A stretch of DNA of 63,876 bases, counting the filler, from Limisphaerales bacterium (GTDB taxonomy: Bacteria > Verrucomicrobiota > Verrucomicrobiia > Limisphaerales > SIBE01), in the NCBI GenBank assembly GCA_044225505.1. It is 9 parts of 9 records of this genome, joined end to end, with 100 filler letters (N's around TTAATTAATTAA, not from the genome) between each part and the next. Parts side by side here need not be neighbours in the genome. Positions count along the whole stretch, not along the records: positions 51,853 to 58,835 come from JBGAIN010000281.1; positions 58,936 to 63,876 come from JBGAIN010000305.1; 7 more parts are not named here. One strand, written 5' to 3'. The position numbers and the translations under genes are program-made. How positions within the stretch are numbered: position 1 is the stretch's first letter; each line of letters begins with the position of its first letter. The notes below the pieces were generated by a model, which was given only the letters and a program-made list of their open reading frames with translations, was not told the DNA's origin and made no database searches. Shown here piece after piece: positions 53,017-63,672 of the stretch.

Positions 53017-54510
53017 TCAGAGCTGGACTTCGATTGGTTCGCTTTTGAGCGGACTTCCACCTGGGTTCAAAGGGCCCAGGTCGAATTCTACTTGTACTGC
53101 GCCCTTCTGACCGGTGTATCTCCGGGGCACAGGCCAGTTCTTGGTGTAGAATTGGTCTTGCCTCCCGTCCAAACGCCCACTTCCAATCCGCCATCCACGT
53201 TCGTTCAAGACTTCGAAACGAGGCCCTTTGAGTGGCGTCAGTCTTCGCAACGATTTGCCTTGATAGAATTTCGGATACACTTCCGCTCCCGCTCCGATCA
53301 CCTCGGCCTTGATGAATACGCTCTGGCCCGAAAAGGATCCTTGTCCCCTGATCATTTCGTAAATCGATGAAGCAGTCGTGTTTGTTGCTTCAACTCTGAG
53401 CAGGAGCGGCGTGCCACACTTTACTACCGAGCGTTCACCTTCTTTGACGGTAACGATTTCCCCCGGCGCGTTGACAAACCCGACGCCGACTGTCCAAACG
53501 TCGGTGCGTGTTTTTGCGCCAATTTTACAGCGGTAAAGAGAGTACTCGCCGCAGGGCACGGCGGCTTGGCCGTTGATCACCTGTGGAGCAAGCGTGTCCC
53601 AGTACCCACCGCCGGAGTCGCGCAAGAGCGTCAGGTTCTGAATCGCGTTCGAAGTCGACACCATCAAAGTGGCAAGGGATCCTGCATAGGGTTGCAGGCC
53701 GAGAACGCTCAGATTCTCGCTCAGGAGAAGCGTAAACGGCCTCCCGCCAAAGTAGATTGGATCAGCGAAGCACTGAGCTTCATCCCGAAAAACGGAGCGC
53801 CTGAATTCGGCAGTTCCGTCGAGGCCGCGCAGCACGTAATCTACCGGCAAAGCGTCCCAATCCTGGCTTCGGAGACTTCCATCCTTTGGCAACTGTGCGC
53901 GATCCGCGAGCTGAAAATTGCAGTTCCCATCCAGCAAACGGATGCGTTCTTTGACTGCATTAAACGAAACTGTCGCCTCCAGGCACCAAGCAGGTTTCAG
54001 CAATAACAATCCGACCGTGGTGCTTGAAATTGGCCTGTCCGACGAAAGAGCCTTGGGATCGAAAATCACGATTTCCGCGTAGAATCCGAAGCGTCCATGC
54101 TCATCGGGTCGCCGTGGAGAAAGGTCCACGGGACCAAAGTCAATACGCCTTCGCAGCGTTTTGCGGGTATTTCGATTCCCCTCGGCGTTGATCACGCCAT
54201 CGTCTCTCAAATCGCCGTTTGCATTGAGGTCGATGATCAGTTGGTCGTATCCGTTCCCAGTGCCGTTGGATTCGTCGAGACGAAAGGACATGCCGCTGTC
54301 AAGGGTCCCATAAAGTGGCCGAGAGGATGTGGACTTTGGCTCACTTCGAACAGCAGCAGGCCTCGCAAACTGGAGAGAACCACTGCACCGACCCGGACTC
54401 TCCCACGCGGCGAGCGCCGGCAGGCGGACCGCCGTCAGGGGGAAATCGACTGCACATGTACGGATAGCACAGAGCACCATGAAGGCCAGGAGTCGCATTT
54501 GCAGAGGCAT
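53017..54510 (-). CDS. Secreted hypothetical protein
   Basis: 497-aa ORF with signal peptide and DLNANGDLRDD motif. Confidence 0.65.
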   Translation of the reverse strand: MPLQMRLLAFMVLCAIRTCAVDFPLTAVRLPALAAWESPGRCSGSLQFARPAAVRSEPKSTSSRPLYGTLDSGMSFRLDESNGTGNGYDQLIIDLNANGDLRDDGVINAEGNRNTRKTLRRRIDFGPVDLSPRRPDEHGRFGFYAEIVIFDPKALSSDRPISSTTVGLLLLKPAWCLEATVSFNAVKERIRLLDGNCNFQLADRAQLPKDGSLRSQDWDALPVDYVLRGLDGTAEFRRSVFRDEAQCFADPIYFGGRPFTLLLSENLSVLGLQPYAGSLATLMVSTSNAIQNLTLLRDSGGGYWDTLAPQVINGQAAVPCGEYSLYRCKIGAKTRTDVWTVGVGFVNAPGEIVTVKEGERSVVKCGTPLLLRVEATNTTASSIYEMIRGQGSFSGQSVFIKAEVIGAGAEVYPKFYQGKSLRRLTPLKGPRFEVLNERGWRIGSGRLDGRQDQFYTKNWPVPRRYTGQKGAVQVEFDLGPLNPGGSPLKSEPIEVQL

Positions 54511-55354
54511 GCTCTATAGAACACTTTTCTCAAGCGAGAAACAAGATCAGCCTATCGATGGCCCGACGACTGTCACCTCAGTCTTGGGCCCCGGATATTC
54601 AGCGTGCCGCTGAGGCGAGATGGGGTCTGCGCGATTAAAGAGGAGAACCTGCGAGGCTATGGTGGATTCGTTTGGCGTAGCGCAGACGCACCTAAAACCA
54701 GCCCCCCTTTCCTGAAATTCCAAGTCGCAATCTTCCTATAGGAAGAGGGAGTTTGCCCCGGATTGAACACCTGCTGCTTGGATTGTGAGGTGGCGGCCAT
54801 GAAACTTCCCTCTCTCTTTGCCGGGGTATCACTTGCGTGCCTAGTCGACTTTTTGTGCACGCCGCACCGGAAACTCTAGAGCATTGCGGTCGGACCCGAT
54901 CCTGGTCCAGGGTTGCTCCGAGCATGGCCAGACTTGGTGCGCCCTTCGTTCGACCGCTGGCGAAGGGACCCTGGCTAGCCTCGAACCAGGGCCGAACGAA
55001 GCCCGAACCAACCCCGGATAATCCCAGGAGTAACCCGGATGAAAGGGTGAACGAAGAACTGGTCGATCCCGCCTCAAGCCTGCATAAACTGCGACGCAAA
55101 AAGCAAAGGAAAGCGAATCGACTATGCCTGACAACCAAGACCGAGTGAGGTTCCATAGCAACAACTTAGGAATGGAACGCATTTTTTGTGCACAACGAGT
55201 GATCCATCGTCTGCCACAAGCTGCTGGAACCCGGCGGCTGGCGTGGGGCTAAGCGGGCGGAGTTGGTTCGGCATTCAATGCATTCTCCCTGTCCTTCTGG
55301 CGATCGCAGTCTCGTGCTTTTGGTTCTTCAGGAAAGACTCAGGGTTACGCGCAC

Positions 55355-56401
55355 ATGGTAAAGCATTGCATGCAACCGAATGACCGGTCGGTAACGAAAC
55401 AAGCGCAGAACAGGACTCGGGCTCCGCTGTCATTGCTGCTCGGCCTTTTGTTGTGGCTGAGTGGCGGGTGGGGAACGGCGGAACAGGCTGTCATTGCAAA
55501 GCCGGGCAGCAGAGGCTGCTGGTTGTCCGCACGACATGATTTGTTTCCGATGGAGAACGTCGAGCCGTTCGTTGAATTGGACCAAAGCAATCTTGGACTG
55601 GAGAGCGTCGCTTACGTCGCGCATAGATCTCAGCTGCCCGTGACTTCGGATCGGATCGTCGAACCGCTGTTTGGAAGGAGACTAAAAACCGTGAAGATTC
55701 TCGATCGCCGGTTAGAGGGGGCGACGATCTATCTCGTGAGCGGTCACGGTGGACCGGATCCAGGAGGCATTGGGCACAGGGCGGGGCATCAGCTCTGCGA
55801 GGACGAATACGCCTACGATGTGACGCTACGCTTGGGACGGCGTCTTCTCGAGCATGGGGCGAAAGTGCATTTCATCATTCGTGATCCAGAAGATGGGATT
55901 CGCGACGAGCGCTACTTGGTTCCGGACCAGACGGAGCGTTGCTATCCGAACCAGGAGATCCCACTGAATCAATTGTCGCGGCTGCGCCAGCGCACCCGAG
56001 CGGTAAACGAGTTATGCGAGCAGGAGGCCCCAAATCGTTATCGCCGCTGTCTTGTAATCCATGTAGATGCGCGGCGGCGGCGCGAAAAGATTGACATCTT
56101 CTTTTATCACCACCGAGATGGCGGCGACGGCCAGCGGTTGGCGGTGCGATTGCGAGATACCGTGGAGGAACAGTATCATGCGCATCAGCCGAGACGGGGA
56201 TACACCGGAACGGTACGAGATCGTGGGTTATTCGTCATCAACAAGACGGTTCCGCCAGTGGTCTTTATCGAGCTAGGAAACATCCACCACCCGCGCGACC
56301 AGGAACGGCTGATCGAACCTGACAACCGTCAGGCCTTGGCTCACTGGCTCTGCGAAGGTATTCTGAGAGATTTCGAATCCAGCAAGCGGTTCGGAAGGTA
56401 G
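55355..56401 (+). CDS. N-acetylmuramoyl-L-alanine amidase (Amidase_3)
   Basis: SGHGGPDPG, EDEYAYDV, IHVD and VFIELGNI. Confidence 0.88.
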   Translation: MVKHCMQPNDRSVTKQAQNRTRAPLSLLLGLLLWLSGGWGTAEQAVIAKPGSRGCWLSARHDLFPMENVEPFVELDQSNLGLESVAYVAHRSQLPVTSDRIVEPLFGRRLKTVKILDRRLEGATIYLVSGHGGPDPGGIGHRAGHQLCEDEYAYDVTLRLGRRLLEHGAKVHFIIRDPEDGIRDERYLVPDQTERCYPNQEIPLNQLSRLRQRTRAVNELCEQEAPNRYRRCLVIHVDARRRREKIDIFFYHHRDGGDGQRLAVRLRDTVEEQYHAHQPRRGYTGTVRDRGLFVINKTVPPVVFIELGNIHHPRDQERLIEPDNRQALAHWLCEGILRDFESSKRFGR

Positions 56402-56424
56402 TAAATCTTAGAACGGATGGATTT

Positions 56425-57293
56425 ATGGAGACTCTGTCAAATATCCTGACCCAACTTCACCAAGTTCTGGAATACCCTCTTGTCAAGGTTGGTCCGACTC
56501 AAGTGACCTTGGCCTCGCTCCTGATCTTGGGCCTGCTTTTTGGACTGGTTCTGGTTACCGAACGCCTGCTTCGCCAGCAATTGCTCCAACGGGTGCTCAA
56601 ACGCACGCCCCTGGACCCAGCTCTGCAGTTTGCGGTGGGCAGAATTGCCGGCTACGCCTTCATCGTCTTGGGCTTTTATGTTGCCCTGCAGTTTGTTGGG
56701 ATCAATCTGACTTCACTGGCCGTTATCGCGGGCGCCGTCGGAGTGGGACTGGGCTTCGGTCTTCAGAATATCGTGCACAACTTCGTCAGTGGCTTGATTA
56801 TCCTGGCTGAGCGGCCTATCGCCATCGGTGATCGCATTGAGGTAGGAGGTGTTGCCGGACAGGTCCGTCAAATCCGCCTGCGCAGCACAACGGTTGTGAC
56901 CAACGACAATATCACCATCATCGTGCCAAACTCCGATTTCATCAGTCACACCGTCACGAACTGAGTCATGGCGACCCGAAGGTGCGAATTCGATTGCCGC
57001 TTGGAGTAGCCTATGGAAGCGACCTTGAAAAACTCAGGCGGGTTCTGCTCGAGGTCGCGGCCGAAAACCCTAAAGTTCTCCAGACGCCCGCTCCGTCGGT
57101 TTTTTTTCAAGGATTTGGTGAGAGCTCGCTCAACTTCGAACTCGCCGTCTGGACAAGCGAGATGACATTCAATCCACGACGATTTCGAAGTGATCTCTAC
57201 TTTGCGATTGAAATGAAGCTCCGGGAGAATCAAATCGAGATTCCGTTCCCTCAACGGGATATCCACGTCCGCTCCGGCCGTTTTGACCTTTGA
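56425..57293 (+). pseudogene. mscS: MscS-family mechanosensitive channel with a single-base frameshift at ~56963
   Basis: GVGLGFGLQNIVHNFVSGLIILAERP...IVPNS in frame 1 and GVAYGSD...IEIPFPQRD in frame 2. AACTGAGTCAT lacks one G of the expected AAC TGG AGT CAT (NWSH). Confidence 0.88.
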
Positions 57294-57347
57294 TGACCTG
57301 ATGGCTTGCGGGCTTAAGCCTTTTCGGCGAGTGTAGCGCCCTTCCGC

Positions 57348-58745
57348 ATGAAGTTTCAAATTACCCTTCACGGTGCTGCCGGAGAAGTCACTGGCTCGGC
57401 GTATCACGTGGAGACCTCGCGGGCATCCGTGATGGTAGATTTCGGCCTCTTTCAGGGACGCGAGATGGCGCATGAGGCAAATCACGTCCCGCGCATACTC
57501 GACGTTGAAAGACTCGACGCCGTCGTTCTCACACACGCGCACCTCGACCATACCGGGCGGTTGCCGTTACTCGTAAAGCGTGGATACAAAGGGCCGATTT
57601 ACGCCACGCCAGCTTCCATCGACATGACGCAACTGATTCTTGAAGACTCGGCCAAAGTCCAGGAGCAGGATACTGATCGCGAAAACCGCAAACGCGCTGA
57701 GGTAGGCAAATCACCGCTGCCACCCCTCTATACTGCGCAGGATGTTTCTGGTGTGGTGGCATTGCTGCGAACGGTGCCTTATAGGTCACCGTTCGAGATC
57801 GCGCCAGGGGTGACGGTGCGAATGTTCGAGGCTGGACACATCCTCGGCTCGGCGAGCATCGAAATGACTGCCGAAGACTCCGGCGTGAGGCGGGTAATCG
57901 TCTTCTCCGGAGACATTGGCCCGCGTGGCGGCCCTATTCTGCAAGACGCGGACTGCCTGGAACGTGCCAACCTCGTTTTCCTGGAATCGACCTACGGCGA
58001 CCGCAATCACCGATCGCTTCAAGAGACCGTCGATGAGTTTCAGCAACTGGTCCGCAACGCTGTGGTTGAAAAGGCGAAAGTACTGGTGCCGACCTTCGCC
58101 GTCGGCCGGGCGCAGGCCATTCTCTACCACCTCGCGGGAATGTTTGCGAAAGGCACGGTGAGTCCATTTCCAGTGGTGCTCGACAGTCCGATGGCCATCG
58201 AAGCCACGAAATTGCACACGCGCCATCCCGAGTTGTTTGACGAAGAGATGGCTGAGCTCGCGGGCGAAAAACAGTTCCTCAAAGGCTTCTCGACACTTCA
58301 GCATTCCGTAACCGCGGACGACTCTCGCGCCCTTAACGAGATGCCGGGGCCGTGCCTGATCATGGCTGGCGCCGGCATGTGTAACGCCGGACGCATTCTC
58401 CATCACCTCAGGCACAACCTCAGCCTGCCTGGGACAGTCGTCATTATCGTCGGTTATCAAGCGCCGGGCTCGCTAGGTCGCGTACTCGTCGAGGGCGCCA
58501 AGGAAGTAAGGATTTTCGGCGAGACAATTCCTGTTCGGGCAAAAGCGCACAGCCTTGGCGGATTCAGCGCTCATGCGGGCCAAAGCGATCTACTGCAATG
58601 GTTTTCGTGTCTGGCGCCCAGACGGCCGCGTGTAGTCCTGACTCACGGCGAAGAACGCGGCCGTGAACCGTTGGCCGCTCTCATCGAAAATCGGTTCAGA
58701 ATAAAGGCTGAACGTCCTCAACTGGGAGATGTCATAGAGGTTTGA
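57348..58745 (+). CDS. MBL-fold beta-CASP ribonuclease (YSH1-like)
   Basis: GAAGEVTGS, LTHAHLDHTG, AGHILGS, ESTYG, FSAHA and LTHGE. Confidence 0.93.
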   Translation: MKFQITLHGAAGEVTGSAYHVETSRASVMVDFGLFQGREMAHEANHVPRILDVERLDAVVLTHAHLDHTGRLPLLVKRGYKGPIYATPASIDMTQLILEDSAKVQEQDTDRENRKRAEVGKSPLPPLYTAQDVSGVVALLRTVPYRSPFEIAPGVTVRMFEAGHILGSASIEMTAEDSGVRRVIVFSGDIGPRGGPILQDADCLERANLVFLESTYGDRNHRSLQETVDEFQQLVRNAVVEKAKVLVPTFAVGRAQAILYHLAGMFAKGTVSPFPVVLDSPMAIEATKLHTRHPELFDEEMAELAGEKQFLKGFSTLQHSVTADDSRALNEMPGPCLIMAGAGMCNAGRILHHLRHNLSLPGTVVIIVGYQAPGSLGRVLVEGAKEVRIFGETIPVRAKAHSLGGFSAHAGQSDLLQWFSCLAPRRPRVVLTHGEERGREPLAALIENRFRIKAERPQLGDVIEV

Positions 58746-58935
58746 ACCCGCAAGCCGTTCGTTCGCGGCTTCGGTGGGCGGATTCCCGTGCCGAGGTTGG
58801 TCCGCAAGCAACCGTCTCGTTCTATTCAACGCTTGNNNNNNNNNNNNNNNNNNNNNNNNNNNNNNNNNNNNNNNNNNNNTTAATTAATTAANNNNNNNNN
58901 NNNNNNNNNNNNNNNNNNNNNNNNNNNNNNNNNNN

Positions 58936-60126
58936 GAGGAATGTTATCACCATGGCGGCTGTCACCGGCCAAAAGAAGATTCGTTGCATGCCTTTCCAAT
59001 GGCCCCAAAGGATTTCTTTGATCCGGAGGGGCGTCGCCAAGATCAGTTCCACGGCGCCGGTGCGACGGGCCTCTGCCAGAGTCGCGCACGCGTACCACGC
59101 GATCCACAGCTTTAAAATCAGTCTTATCGCAATGCCAAGTGCGGTCGTTAGGGCAGGGGATGCCTGATTCGACGATAAGCTCAGACCAAAGGTCAGCAGA
59201 GAAGCGAAGGTGAGAACCGCGACGATCGCCCAGATGAGCTTTCGATGCCGTTCATTGCGCGTAGTCAACCACAGAATCGGGCTAACATTCAAAAGCTGCT
59301 GCCGGAATTGGTAGTTCGGTTGCTGGCGTGACAGTGCGGATTCGCTTCCTTTACGAGTATCGACTCCGTCTTGCCAATAGCGCGGCAAACCCCAGCTCGC
59401 CAGGACGAGGAACATCCATCCCAGCGAATGATTCCCAAACAACGTTAGCCAGAAACCGAATGCTTGGGACCGATATGTGAGGTCAGCCGCGCGGAGACCG
59501 CAGGCGGCCGGACTCAGGAGATCGAACGCTATCCAAGACCCTTTGCCCGCGCCGGCACAAAGGTAGGTTATGCCCGGTGGCAAGGAGATCGAAATCGCCA
59601 GCAATACGAGCACCAGCGCCAAGGACACGTGAGACTCAGAGCAAAATGTCGAGACGCAAAGGCTGACGCACAAAGCGAAAAAGAGCGCATTCGTTAGGAC
59701 CAATGAAGCACGCCAGAATTCTCCGGCGGTAATACCGCCCAGCACTAAGCCGACGGAAAGCACGGGTAAGAAGGCGAAGAGCCCTTGAAAGGCTCGTGCA
59801 GAGACCCCCACGAACTTGCCCAAAATGACGTCGTAGCCTTTCAAATCTGTTAAAAAGAGCAGGCCCAGAGTTCCTTCTCGCTTCTCTTCGCTGATGCTGT
59901 CGGCAGCTATGCTTGCGGCGGCAAGCAAGCAATAAAAGAACGCCAAGCTAGCCAGGGTCGGGAACACAGCCTGCCCGACCTGGCGTCCAAAAGTTTGATC
60001 TCCGATCAAGACAAGGAGCGCTGCGACGAGACTCGTCACGAGAGTAAAAAGAGTTCGCCAGCGATAGGTCGACGGTTTGCGGGCGGCAGCTCTTAATTCG
60101 CGCTCGACGATAGGCAAAAACGTCAC
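58936..60126 (-). CDS. ABC-2-type transporter permease-like membrane protein, 3'-truncated
   Basis: LPIVERELR, ADSISEEKREGTLGLLFLTDL and EARRTGAVELILATPL. Confidence 0.85.
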
Positions 60127-61793
60127 GGTGTCGGAAGCGGGGGGACCAAGGCAGGTTCGAGCCCGTGGGCTGTCGCGGTGGCCGGCTCAGCTCCAGCGGC
60201 AAAGCGCTCGGTGGCCACCTGCCGGAAATGCGATTCTAGGTTCTTTTTGGCCCAGGCAATCCAGAGGGCGTCGTTCACAGCGGCAATCCCAAATGCCCCT
60301 ACGAACAATCCGACTTCGTCAGGTTCTAGATTGTGCCATTGCACCATCGCCAAGAGACTCAGCGCAAAGACAAAGATGGCCCAAGGAAGAACCAGGACTC
60401 GTCCGACCGCACCGGTGACAGCCCTGTTTGAACGTTTGCACGTCAGGCTGAGCCACAACCCGACCCAACCCAAGGTGTAAAGATCCGCCACAAATAGCGC
60501 CATTAAGCCAAGGCAAAGAAAAAGCCAATCGTTGAAACCGTCCATCGCTTGATCGCTGCTGCCGGCGACGAGCATGATCAAATCCGCAAACAGAACCATC
60601 ATAACAGGCCAAGCAAACTGTCGCACCAGCGCTAGGTGGTGGCCGTGGAGAATCTCGCGAACGGAAAGGGGCGTAGAGAGGAGAAGTTCTAAAGCTCCAC
60701 TTTTTCGGTCTTCGGTTAATGTCCTTCCTACATCTGACGCGAGCCAGAGTTTGAAGAGCGTGTGTGCGGTATAAGACGTCAAGACGTAGAAGCTCGGATC
60801 AAGGACGACGCTGCCGAACTTTATATAAAGCCAGGCCCAGAGCAGTGCCAAGCCCAACACCGTGGCTACTCCTATGATCATCCGAAACCGTCCGCGCCCG
60901 GAGAGCCACAATATCGGATTGGTATCCAGCAGGTGCTTCCGGAGCGCTAAACGATGGCTTGGACGCCCAAATTGCCAGGAAAGCCAAAGATCTCGCCACC
61001 ATGTGGAGGTGCTGTTCGTTGGCCGATCTTGCCAGGTCCGCCTGACACACAGACTGGCTAAGATGAGAAAGGTCCAAGTGAAGGCGTGCGTGAGCCCCGT
61101 GGCGATCCAAAACATGGTTTGCGCCGCGCGATAGCGCGTTTCCAGGGCGAGGACACCTGGATAAGCGGCGCTGGTAAGAAGCCAGGCCGGATCGAGACTC
61201 CCGGACCGCTTGATTATGGCGACAATCAAACCAACGAGTGGGGGTCCCGCAGTCAAAAGGAGGATGAGTAATAAAGTCCCGGCTAGAGCACGCCGCTCTT
61301 GCCGGCTTATCGATGAAATCAGCATCCCGGCGGCCAAGGAAAAGAGCAGCGTGTTCAGCAACGCCAGGATCATCCGCCAGAATTCGCCCGCAGTCATTGC
61401 TCCAAGAAGCAAAGGAATCGCGAGGATCGGAAATACAGAGAGTAACCGATAGACAGCGTTCAACGATGTCGCCACGAGCTTGCCAAGAACGACGTCGTAG
61501 CCGTGCAAATCCGTTAGGAAAAGCAGGCCCAGCGTCCCTTCGCGCTTCTCTTCGCTAAGGCAATCAGCGGTGATTCCAACTCCGGCCAACAGGCTATACC
61601 CGAACGCGAGGCAGGAGATAACGCGGAACAGAATTTGGCCTCGTTCGTGAGCTGGATGACCGTCCGTAACCCAACCCCAAATCCAGGTGCTAAGAACCAA
61701 GGTAGCAAGGGCCGCAAAGAAACGGGTCCAATACGTCTGACGACGGCGTGCCGCGATGCGCAGTTCTCGTTCTACGACGGGTAGAAACGTCAT
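60123..61793 (-). CDS. ABC-2-type transporter permease-like membrane protein
   Basis: MTFLPVVERELR, ADCLSEEKREGTLGLLFLTDL and EDRKSGALELLLSTPL. Confidence 0.87.
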   Translation of the reverse strand: MTFLPVVERELRIAARRRQTYWTRFFAALATLVLSTWIWGWVTDGHPAHERGQILFRVISCLAFGYSLLAGVGITADCLSEEKREGTLGLLFLTDLHGYDVVLGKLVATSLNAVYRLLSVFPILAIPLLLGAMTAGEFWRMILALLNTLLFSLAAGMLISSISRQERRALAGTLLLILLLTAGPPLVGLIVAIIKRSGSLDPAWLLTSAAYPGVLALETRYRAAQTMFWIATGLTHAFTWTFLILASLCVRRTWQDRPTNSTSTWWRDLWLSWQFGRPSHRLALRKHLLDTNPILWLSGRGRFRMIIGVATVLGLALLWAWLYIKFGSVVLDPSFYVLTSYTAHTLFKLWLASDVGRTLTEDRKSGALELLLSTPLSVREILHGHHLALVRQFAWPVMMVLFADLIMLVAGSSDQAMDGFNDWLFLCLGLMALFVADLYTLGWVGLWLSLTCKRSNRAVTGAVGRVLVLPWAIFVFALSLLAMVQWHNLEPDEVGLFVGAFGIAAVNDALWIAWAKKNLESHFRQVATERFAAGAEPATATAHGLEPALVPPLPTP

Positions 61794-61920
61794 CGGCGTA
61801 GTTTCTGGATTTATCCGCGAGATGCAAGCAATGCTAAGGCACAAACTCAAGGCCTGGTTTCGCTGCCGCGAGCTTGCCGTGAAACGATCCTAACATTTGA
61901 GGGAGCCGCGGCAGCTCCGA

Positions 61921-63630
61921 TCAAAACGCCGATCGCAGGGTCACAAACGTTCGGCGGATCAAATGTCCGTGCGTCTTGACTCCCAGGGCCGTCGCGACGA
62001 TTCCTTGAAGTGCAACGACGATCCAGAACAGCTCCATGGAGTCATTCGGAGGGGCAGGGAATCGCGATAGAAACCAAAAATTTAAGCCGCCGATGCGATC
62101 CACCAAACCTCCGCTCAATTCCGGGCTGAGCAATGGCAGGCCAAGCGAAACGAATATGCCTAGGAGGAAAGCGGGGACGATCCCGACGAATCGTGCTGAA
62201 GCATAGAGCCCAATAAATGGAATTGTCACAAAGTTGGCGACGACAAAACATCCTACTGGAAAGAAGCCTGGCGTCGCCCAGTCAAGCCATGCCATCAGCC
62301 AAGCCAGCCCAATGAGCAGAGCAACGGGAGCGGCAAACCGCCTCCAGAAGCCGCACACCTGGCGATAGATTACCGCTGCTGGGCGGATGGGAGTAACCAA
62401 GAGCAACTCCATAACACCCGAGTCACGTTCGCTGCGAAAGATCAGAATTGCTGCCCAGTTCATGTGCAAAACAAGCAGGATAGCTAGCCAGAGCTGAGTC
62501 AGATCGTAGTATTTCCATGGCTCGCGGCTCAGCGCTAAAACGCTTTCGACCAGCAGAATCGCGGCACACCCTCCGAGATTTATCGCGCGGGTTCGGGCCG
62601 AGTAGCGATGCAACCACCCCAGCGGATTACGCTCTAAACTCCGGGAGCGGATCGATTGGAAATGACCCAACCAAAAGCGAGGTGTGAACCAAAAGTCGCG
62701 ACGCAGCTGTTGTCTTGCCGAAGGCGGCTTTTCCATCCAAGCGACTCCCGCGTGGTAGGTGGCGAAAGAGACCAATGCGAGAAAGCCCAGAAGCGACAAT
62801 AAGAAGATCTCCCAGAGAATTCCGCTCCAAACCGCGATTCCGAGGGACCCAGCGGGGCGGAGATAACCACTCCAACCAAGCGCAGGAGTCATTCCCATAA
62901 AGATAGCCAGGGGGGCATCAAAAAGTTCAAAGCGGGTGAAAGGCACTGAATTTTGAAATAGAAAAGGACTTAGTTGGAATCGAGTCGCCAGCCCTAAAAC
63001 GGCAATTTGGAAAACAAGCAGGGCGGTGCCCAGCAGTTCCGCAACGAGGAGCGCCGCAATCGGACTTCGCAGACAAGAGGAAACGGCCAGACCCGCCGCG
63101 AGCGCCCAGATTCCGGTAGTGAGCTCAAAGATTAGCGCACTTAGAACGTCGATATGTGCAACTCCGCCAAACAGGATCGGGACCATCACGATCGGAAACC
63201 CAGCGAGCCAAAGCGTGAATAGCCGCGTCATGTGAACCATACCTTTCCCGATCACAATCGCGCGGGACGTCAGATTCGTCATAAACAGCAGTCCAAGGGT
63301 GCCATCGCGTTGCTCTCGACCGATCGCATCGCATGTCAAGGCAGGTCCAATCCAAGCCAGCGCGCAGATGAGGACCGTGTGGGAGCTGACAAACAATCGA
63401 ATGCTTAGCGACGCGGATAGCCGACTGTCGTCGGATAGCATCGCCGCCATCAGGACGGCCAGGCTTGCTGCACCGAGCAGGCGCAGCCACGGTTGAAAAT
63501 GACGGCGTGCCTCAGCCTTGAGCTCGCGAAGTATTAATGGCCAAGGGCCAACCGAAAAGGTAGCGTGACCCGTTTGGACAGGCCTGTCGATCGCGCCCGC
63601 CGCCCCGTTAACAGTCAAGCTCGCGTTCAC
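61921..63630 (-). CDS. ABC-2-type transporter permease-like membrane protein
   Basis: PLILRELK, REQRDGTLGLLFMTNL and ERDSGVMELLLVTP. Confidence 0.82.
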   Translation of the reverse strand: MNASLTVNGAAGAIDRPVQTGHATFSVGPWPLILRELKAEARRHFQPWLRLLGAASLAVLMAAMLSDDSRLSASLSIRLFVSSHTVLICALAWIGPALTCDAIGREQRDGTLGLLFMTNLTSRAIVIGKGMVHMTRLFTLWLAGFPIVMVPILFGGVAHIDVLSALIFELTTGIWALAAGLAVSSCLRSPIAALLVAELLGTALLVFQIAVLGLATRFQLSPFLFQNSVPFTRFELFDAPLAIFMGMTPALGWSGYLRPAGSLGIAVWSGILWEIFLLSLLGFLALVSFATYHAGVAWMEKPPSARQQLRRDFWFTPRFWLGHFQSIRSRSLERNPLGWLHRYSARTRAINLGGCAAILLVESVLALSREPWKYYDLTQLWLAILLVLHMNWAAILIFRSERDSGVMELLLVTPIRPAAVIYRQVCGFWRRFAAPVALLIGLAWLMAWLDWATPGFFPVGCFVVANFVTIPFIGLYASARFVGIVPAFLLGIFVSLGLPLLSPELSGGLVDRIGGLNFWFLSRFPAPPNDSMELFWIVVALQGIVATALGVKTHGHLIRRTFVTLRSAF

Positions 63631-63672
63631 AGATCTCTCCGCTCGTGGTCGACAACTCGCCTGGAGAAGGCA

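Noticed and set aside
56962..56964. TGA at a conserved Trp of mscS as stop-codon readthrough linked to the odd tRNA
   Set aside because: The downstream half is in a different frame (one-base deletion), so readthrough cannot restore it. TGA is used as a normal stop throughout the window.
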